A DNA stretch of 55,589 nt, counting the filler, from Asterionella formosa (Eukaryota), in the NCBI GenBank assembly GCA_002256025.1. It is 4 parts of 4 records of this genome, joined end to end, with 100 filler letters (N's around TTAATTAATTAA, not from the genome) between each part and the next. Parts side by side here need not be neighbours in the genome. Positions count along the whole stretch, not along the records: positions 41,779 to 55,589 come from NKIB01006404.1; 3 more parts are not named here. One strand, 5' to 3'. Position 1 is the stretch's first letter, and every line of letters starts with the position of its first letter. Position numbers and translations under genes: made by a program. Positions 48,239 through 55,589 of the stretch are shown here, in pieces. Below the pieces are notes generated by a model. The model had not been told where the DNA came from and searched no databases. It saw only the letters and a list, made by a program, of their open reading frames with translations.

Positions 48239-48910
48239 GCATGCACAATCTTCAAGACACTTATGAAAAGCAATTGCAATTCGCCATTATTTGAAATTGA
48301 CTCAGGTCTAGTCACATTCTTTACCACCCTTGCGTTGTCACCAAACACATTTGCAGCACCATCGATGGGCACACCTATCATATGTAAGTTGTACTATGTG
48401 AGGGCGTCATTCATTTCAATAGCAACTTTCATCGCTACAAACTCGCACCCAAAAGTTGAAATTTCGACAGCATTTTTGGAATACCACCTCACAGCACACC
48501 ATTTAAGAATACCAATACACCTGTTGTTGATCTGCAAGTAGCAAGGCAGGTTGCATGCGCAGCGTCACAAACGATGTTGATCTGTACCTCATTTCCAAGA
48601 GCCTCTGGTGCCCCTGGTGGAATCAACTCAACAGCATCAGAGTAGAATTCTTTCCAATCAGCACCATCACACTAATCGAATGTAGTCTAATCTTTATAAG
48701 CTGGATCGAAGACAAGCCTAACCCCAGATGCCCTTTCATATAACCAAATATGCGAAGCATTGCCCCCATGTGTACCTCAAGTGGAGCATTCATAAATCTC
48801 GACATAAGCCCTGGATCCTCAACAACCTTAAGTGGAAAGTAATAAGCTAATTCCTTGACTAACTCATTAGAGTTTGCTGAAATGAGAATCACGTCATCAA
48901 CATAGACCAA

Positions 48911-49486
48911 TCGTTGTCGTTGTATGCTGAGCCATGATCCGGCTTCGTCTGTGAATAAAATTTCCGTTAGATCTAACGTTTTACGAAAAAAAATTTATTA
49001 AGCTAAATTTTTATTCTACCGAAATAATTTTGATACATCAATAATTGATTCTGTTTGATCAATCAAATTTTTATCTCAGGTTAAGGTTTCACACATATGA
49101 CGTTAGTTCTGCATATGTAAAAACCTATCAAACGTATGTACCAAAAGTTGTTGATTTTGCAAATTTGCTGTTTCATCGTAAATTATTTTGATATATGAAC
49201 GTCATTTTCTGTTCGATCAATAGAATCTATATCTGGTTATGACATCATTATACGTATCACCTCACGCATATGTAAAAAGTTGTACTCTGTAGAGTACCGG
49301 TAGTACCAGATGACTACATACTGATTTTTGTGCATAGGATCCTTGTTGCCATTCCGACTTGATCACTTGCGTTGATGCACTTAATGTACAGGTACTCCTC
49401 TCTCCTCTTTCCATTCTCATATCAGCAATCGAAATTTTACCTTTTGACTAAGTCATGTGCGCTCGTCGAGTCCCTCACGAGCTGCC
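48911..49486. mobile_element. AT-rich insertion with internal ~160-bp repeats, interrupting the copia RT
   Basis: It separates DPDLWLR (~49500-49520) from VYVDD (~48895-48910). gatcaat..tatct..gtta and gcatatgtaaaa each occur twice. Confidence 0.55.
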
Positions 49487-52400
49487 TTCATTGCTTTCCT
49501 TAGCCACAAATCTGGATCGACTTAACAAGCATGGAAGTGCAAATGGTCACGTAATACAGAAGCCAGGTGTGCCAAAAAGGCGGTACTGGCAGACTTCAGA
49601 CCAAAAAGAGCATGGACAATCTTTAGCACACAACCTTGCTTTCAGCGGGCCAAATTCGTCTCCTGCCACAACATAAGAGCTCCCTGTCACAGACGCCGTC
49701 AAATAAGCATTCCCAATGTCTGTTAGCCATAGGTTCAAGCCATTTAAACCGGCAACCAACAGGGCAATCCAAATTGTCTCCCTTGAAACAACACTTGCAT
49801 ACATAATTGCCTTTGGGGGGTCAGTCGTATGACCCCCCGCCACATACCTAGTAGCCTTGGGCATGAAGTCTATCTTGTAATCCCAAGCTAAATGTCCTGG
49901 AGTCTTTTTGTATCCAGCAACAAGGGTTTTCTTTTCTGACTGAACTTCGAAACCTATCATCACTGCAGACTTGCATCTCCTTGCAGAGTGCATGCATTCA
50001 AAATGTATTACCTTTTTCATTGTCCAACCTTGCTGCATCGGGAATGTTACTTGGAATCTGAACCTCAAATTTGAAGACAGCTTGGTGGCTTCTACTCTTT
50101 GTTGCCTTGATGATTCGTTTCTTGAGTTTTAAGACCATTGTAACCCACCAATCAAAAGCAGGCTCGATTTTGACTCGGTTTGCTTTGGCATAGTCTATTC
50201 AGCAACTTCAATTGCATTTGGTTCCTTCATAGTCTTTAATGGGAGCCAGGATGTAGACCCATCCCTCCATTGGACTTCTAGATCTCAACCAGTTGTTGTC
50301 TTCTTCTTATGATGTTTATCATTCCTCTTGAACTATTGATCACTCTTCTCCACAGCCTGGTTCACGATTTCAGTGAAGAGTTGGTACTGATTACCCTCCT
50401 CGTCTACCTGACTGAGAAGATGCTCTGCCAAGATATTGTATGCGATTTGCTGTCTTTCACCATCTAAGAATTCGAACTCATAAACCCTGGAATCTAACCT
50501 CGGAAACCTGTGCTTTCGCCAAACCAGGTTCCCGTTCGCATCCCGCTTTCGTTTCATGACCATCGCAATCATTTCTCCTTTATCCTAATCTCAAATTCCT
50601 TCATTTCATCTCAGCATTGAATATTTCACATAATAATCAGCATCAACAATTGGCCTCACATTTGATCGAGCGATGTTCCGTCCATTTGCCTTAAGTATGC
50701 AATAACATAAAGCTTGCCCAACACTTGTGGAGGGGCCAACAAGCCATCTCCCAAGTTTCCGCTGGGCCAGGCCACTCTTTTTCATATCATCTGGATCATA
50801 ATAAAATACAAACTGATAGAATTCTAAAAATCCGTTTACTCCAAAATGTCAGGAGTCTCATCTGTCATCACTTTGTATGGAGATCGGCCATCAAGTGCAG
50901 ATCTAAACATGATTTCACAGATGTCGGAGGTATCTTCTGCTCCAAAGGACCATAGCATCATGTCTAGACAAAACCAGTATATATTCATGATATGACGCCA
51001 ATGAGTCTTGAATTGTCCAACTTCACTCTCAGCTCTGATCATCCAGAGACTGTGGGGCTCTGTTGTAGTGCAAGGAATTGAGTAGGTCTTCCAGACTCTC
51101 TCGAACTCTGTGAAGTCCCCTGTTTCCGCAGCTGCATTGTCTAAGTGGTACCTAGTTCCGGAATACGACCATATTGCAGGATGATGGCATCATTGAATCT
51201 TTTCATCATTGATTCTATTCCCAAATCTGTCTTGGAGCGCGTTGGATACACCTTGGCCCAACACTAATCATTGTAGAAAGTTGTGCACATATGTGTCCCT
51301 TCACCAACTTCACCTTGTCCTTGGGAAACATGGTATCAGTATACCACTTAAGTCCAAAGGTGCGAAACCGGCGGGAAAACTCTTCCATTTGTGGGCAAAA
51401 TCTTACTGTTGTTGTAGATGCCTGCAGGGTACTCGCTGCAGTTGCCAAACTTTTCCCCCATCGTTGGGCCAGTGTGGCTGCATCCACAGTTGAGCGTAGA
51501 TCTGTGCTGGAAGTGGCTCCAACCCAGTGCACGATGTCCCCATATGTGCTGAGAAACTCCCCAGTTGTATCTCCACAAACAACATTATCTTAACAAACCC
51601 TCTTGAGGTCAGCAAAGGACTGCGAATAGGGGTCCCATGCTGACTCGGAAGTAAATGTGACATGCCATCAGTTGATTAGTTCATCGTCGGTAGTAGGGAG
51701 GCGAGTAGTGAGATAGGTGATGCATTCATGCATCTCCTTGAACGGGAGGAAAAGAACTTTCTCAGGGACATAAATTACATGCATAGACTTTCCTTGGGAA
51801 TATTGCTTGGGACAGGTGTCGACTACAATACCATATGCTTGACACTGTTAGCTAGGTTTGAGGAGGGAATCGTCTAAACACTTGCCAAAGTAAAGGCCTT
51901 TGTTCCAGAAACCAATGATGGTTTCCTGTACCCCTGGTAGATCAATCGCTGTTGCACACATACCAATTGGGACATCCAAGAATTATCCCAGATCCCCAGA
52001 GAGGACCTAAACATCCACCACACGATCACTCTGTTTAAGTAGGCGGAATGTCCTTCCGAAGTGAGCAATATGTGTCGGCTCTGGAATCCACTTCCAGATG
52101 AGCTGTGACTTTATATTCACTAGGATGTTCTATGACTAGTGCCTTTCCAAACTTGTAGCTCACTTTACAGTTAGTCACAACTCCGGCAAGCTCCCTATGG
52201 GTGCTGCTCATTGAGCTGACTTTTTGCTTTGTGGTTTCTTGGAATGCCTATTCCAAGAGTCACGACCAAATGATGCGGAAGCAGCATCACTTGTTGGCAT
52301 GTGGCTGGGACCTTCTGTCGCATCATCTTCAGAATCGGCTTGCTTGCCATCGTGTCCTTCACTTGATACCAATTTAACAACACGGTCTTCCTCTTTATTT

Positions 52401-55158
52401 CCACCCCTACCTAAGTAACTCACATATTTGCTCCCAAGTTTCCCTCCAGCTTTCTTCTCTGCCTCAATTACATTATCTGATGTAATTGTTCTCGCCTTGA
52501 TGTTTCTTATCGCCATTCTCCTACCCTATGTCTGAATCTTTCATCTTTAATGCCTTGAACTTGATTTTAGTTTCTTGATTTGCCGACTTGTATAGTGCTA
52601 CCGGTCCCCTACAATTTTTGCACAAAAGTCTCGGGAAACGCACAATGAGTTAGTCCTGGAAATTCGGGACTACCCTTTTTGACTAAATATGGAGCAAATC
52701 AATATTCATGTTTATCAATGATAGATTATTTTCGTAACTAAGTTTTAAATGACTCTTTTCGATTATGAAATGGAGATCGAAAAATATAAACATTTTTCGT
52801 ACTACAGTCTATCATTTCAAGAATTCGGATGCATAATGATGTACTGACGTTTTCGACATGGAACAGTCATGCAGCAGGCATTAAGACGTCGTGATACAAT
52901 ACCGATAGTCTTCATACAACAAGCATTAAGAAGTCGCAACAGCCACAATAGTATACAACTTACACTATTACTGGTGTACGGTGTACATCAGAGTACCCTC
53001 TACCTTATTCAATCATGAGTGCCTCCCAAACCAGTATCCATTGAATTACATGTATATATAAATATAAATAATGAAGGTATACATGTTATAAATGTATAAC
53101 CAAAAGACTGCTCATAACGGCTCATGGTATCACTTGTCAAGAATTAAACAAATCCTCGGCCTTTACATTTGTTGATGGTATCCCACCATAATTTGCCCAA
53201 GTCATTCCTCTACTTGAGCAGTAAATGATGCTAAGTCGACTCATCTTTTTATCGTGTGATTGTATGATCTTGTTCTCAAAGGTATAGGCAGATCATTACT
53301 GCTACCGAAGTCAATTCCAAACATATAGCAAATGATCAACCTAAAAAATGACAGCTGGTCTATATCAAGTTGAAGGTCCTGTCAAATCCCATCAACTTAT
53401 GATCTAAAGGGTATCCAAAATCATCGTCCACCCTAATGAGGAAGTTTCTTGATGTTGTATGGTTGTGTCCATCAGCAGCTAAATAACAACCAACAAAACG
53501 TGATATTCACGGCAACTTTGGTTGTGAGGTGAATTATTGAGGGAATCATCACCAAATCTATAAAAACAGTCTGTACACTCAATAAATTTTGGCATGATAA
53601 TGCTAGGCACGCCAGAGCAACAATCACATCACGAAGGATGGAGCAACAGTGTAAGTTGGATGTTATTGGACAAACAATCAAGTCATTGGTGTCAATTCTT
53701 TGCTGGTCTACAGTTTTGAACACAGTTTGCTACAGCTCACCTTTGTCATTGCTAGGTACGGTTGTGCTCATTTGTATGAAGCGACGATCCCTTATCATAG
53801 CAATCCACCGAAGTCCATGCTGTCTCGTCAATCTCTGAAATACTAGCTAGTACGCAGCAAAATTGTAAGTGAACTTTGGGTTGTAGCTAGTATGCTGTGA
53901 CAGTTGCATGTTGGTAATGCGACCACCACTCTAACATCTCATTGCATGTATGCATGAAAATGTTCGTTTGATTATCTAGTCATCTGATTTATTCTGTTTA
54001 CCATCCATGCCTAGTATAGAGTCATACTTCTTTGTTTTCATCGCCAATTCAAGCCCAATTGATTGCCAGATATCATCAATTAACAACCCTGTTCTTATTG
54101 CTAGAAAACCCTTCGAATGTGTTTGTCTATTAATTACCGACTTTTTTCAAGTTTTTAAACTCTGGCGCATTTTTGATTGTTGAATTGACTAAAGCTTTCT
54201 GGTTTCTCTATCACGATTTCATGCAAATTTGTCACTGAGGGTCCACCATTTGTTACAAGCTGATAAGCAGGTCGGGTTGTTAAAAATTCATACAAATAAC
54301 ATGATTCATTGATAGATTTAAGAGATAATTGAACTCACTCCATAAGCCTATCATTGAAACTTCATGAGCAATGCAAGGAGTGCATGAAGCTAAACTCACA
54401 ATGTGCAAGCTTATTCAAACTAGCTAGCAGTATGGATAAATCAACTACTAAAGACTACAATGTTAACATCGAAACTATGATTTAAAATTTTTGATGCTAA
54501 TGAATTGAACAAGGGAATTAATTTGTTTCAAGCAGCCAACCGAAGAATCATGCCATTGTTCAATGTTGTCAACAATTTTCGACAGAACAAGTAGTACTGA
54601 CATTTCTAATAGCTAGCTATTAAATATTCATGAATCATTTCATCTACATTCTATGATTTCGTTGAGGTTGAATGAAGTGATGGTGAGTCGTAATTGATTG
54701 TGTGCATCAAACATAAGGACAATAACTTTGTCCCCCTGCAACATATTACTTTAGGAACAAGTAGTCTTTACAAAAAACCTTCCACTTCTACAATCTAGAA
54801 CAGCCTCCAGAGTCTACTTTATCCAGTCTCATTGCAAGAGCTGTCGACAGTACTATGACCCTGTAAAAAGTTTGATGGTGCCGCAGTCTGCAGGTGTAAG
54901 TTGAATAACAGTAAGGATAGTGGAACATTTGACATTTATACTGACCACTTCAGCATATATATATCAATTTAATTATGAAAACAAACCATCAATTTATGTA
55001 TTACACAGATTGATACTACCATTGCCATTGGCGCCCGTTGTTATTGGAGGTGGTGTCGTGATGATTCAATGACAAATGTTATGCATCCTTTAAAATATAA
55101 AATAAAGCCATGACTGTGGCAAATGATATTGCAAAATGAATGAAAAAGGAACTCATGG

Positions 55159-55589
55159 TCATGTTTCTTGCAAATACAGACAATGAATGATTTTGCATAG
55201 AAGCATGATTGCGACTATTCCACTCACTTTGGCAATCACAACCTTGTTGTCAGTATTGCAATCAAAGTTCCTAAGTGCTTTATGACCCTTTTCTTGAACA
55301 CCAGCATTCAAAGAATGATTCTTCAGAGCAGCCTGAATTGCAGTGATACCTCCTGCTGCAGCTATCCTCACCCTGATGTAGTCATTCACAGCCAAGTTGC
55401 TAAGTGTTCCACAACCATAGTATTGCACATAGGCATTGGATGAAAAACTCTTCATAGCAAAGAGAATCATATTGGAAACTCCTGCTGCAACCATCAACAC
55501 CTTGTTGTTCTTATTCAAAGCCAAGTTCCCAAGTGCACCACAGCCATAGTGATGAACATTAGCATTGGATGAATAATTCTTCATAGCAG
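55159..55589 (-). pseudogene. Armadillo-repeat protein fragment (aardvark-like), 5' cut by window end, degenerating 3' end
   Basis: ~42-aa repeats AMK..SSNA.V..YGCG.L.NLA.N..N.V...AAG. The repeat pattern breaks down near 55200. Confidence 0.7.

Larger units (their letters stand above)
47576..52540 (-). mobile_element. Heavily decayed Ty1/copia (CoDi-like) element: gag end, protease, integrase, RT, RNase H, probable 3' LTR
   Basis: Minus-strand LEVDSRADT (~52075-52105), LAQRWG, KRKRDANGNL..LDSRVYE.EF.DG, RYVAGGHTT..YASVVSRE..TDIGNAYL, YVDD and GVPIDGAANVFGDN..VV.N...PES. GAGTGG|TGTTTG at ~47950 is a candidate PPT/LTR junction. Outer LTR end uncertain. Confidence 0.85.

Overview
Eukaryotic draft assembly, most likely a diatom or other stramenopile (short GT-AG introns with CTAAC branch points, CoDi-like copia, Ambal-like LINE and CryptonS-like remnants). 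The window is not one locus. It is four probably unlinked scaffolds in decreasing length (1-13836, 13937-27761, 27862-41678, 41779-55589) joined by 100-bp N44-TTAATTAATTAA-N44 spacers. Host genes: M12B/reprolysin-like metalloprotease, Pro-rich FkbM-domain protein, aldose 1-epimerase, an 8-TM protein, a DUF1995-type protein, two paralogous orphans, a METTL21-like methyltransferase, RPL30, an SLC35A-type nucleotide-sugar transporter, a TPR protein, the 5' end of COPE and an armadillo-repeat fragment. The rest is largely decayed transposons and repeats. Best find: the RPL30 intron opens with a kink-turn whose core matches the yeast L30 autoregulatory site. Its 3' strand can alternatively pair over a cryptic, frame-shifting 3' splice site, which suggests an eL30-controlled splicing switch. 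Also notable: a structured tRNA-headed SINE family, a second SINE splitting a Crypton recombinase fragment between ~510-bp inverted arms, and arrays resembling stacked TA-transposon footprints. All family assignments come from motif recognition by eye; no searches were run.
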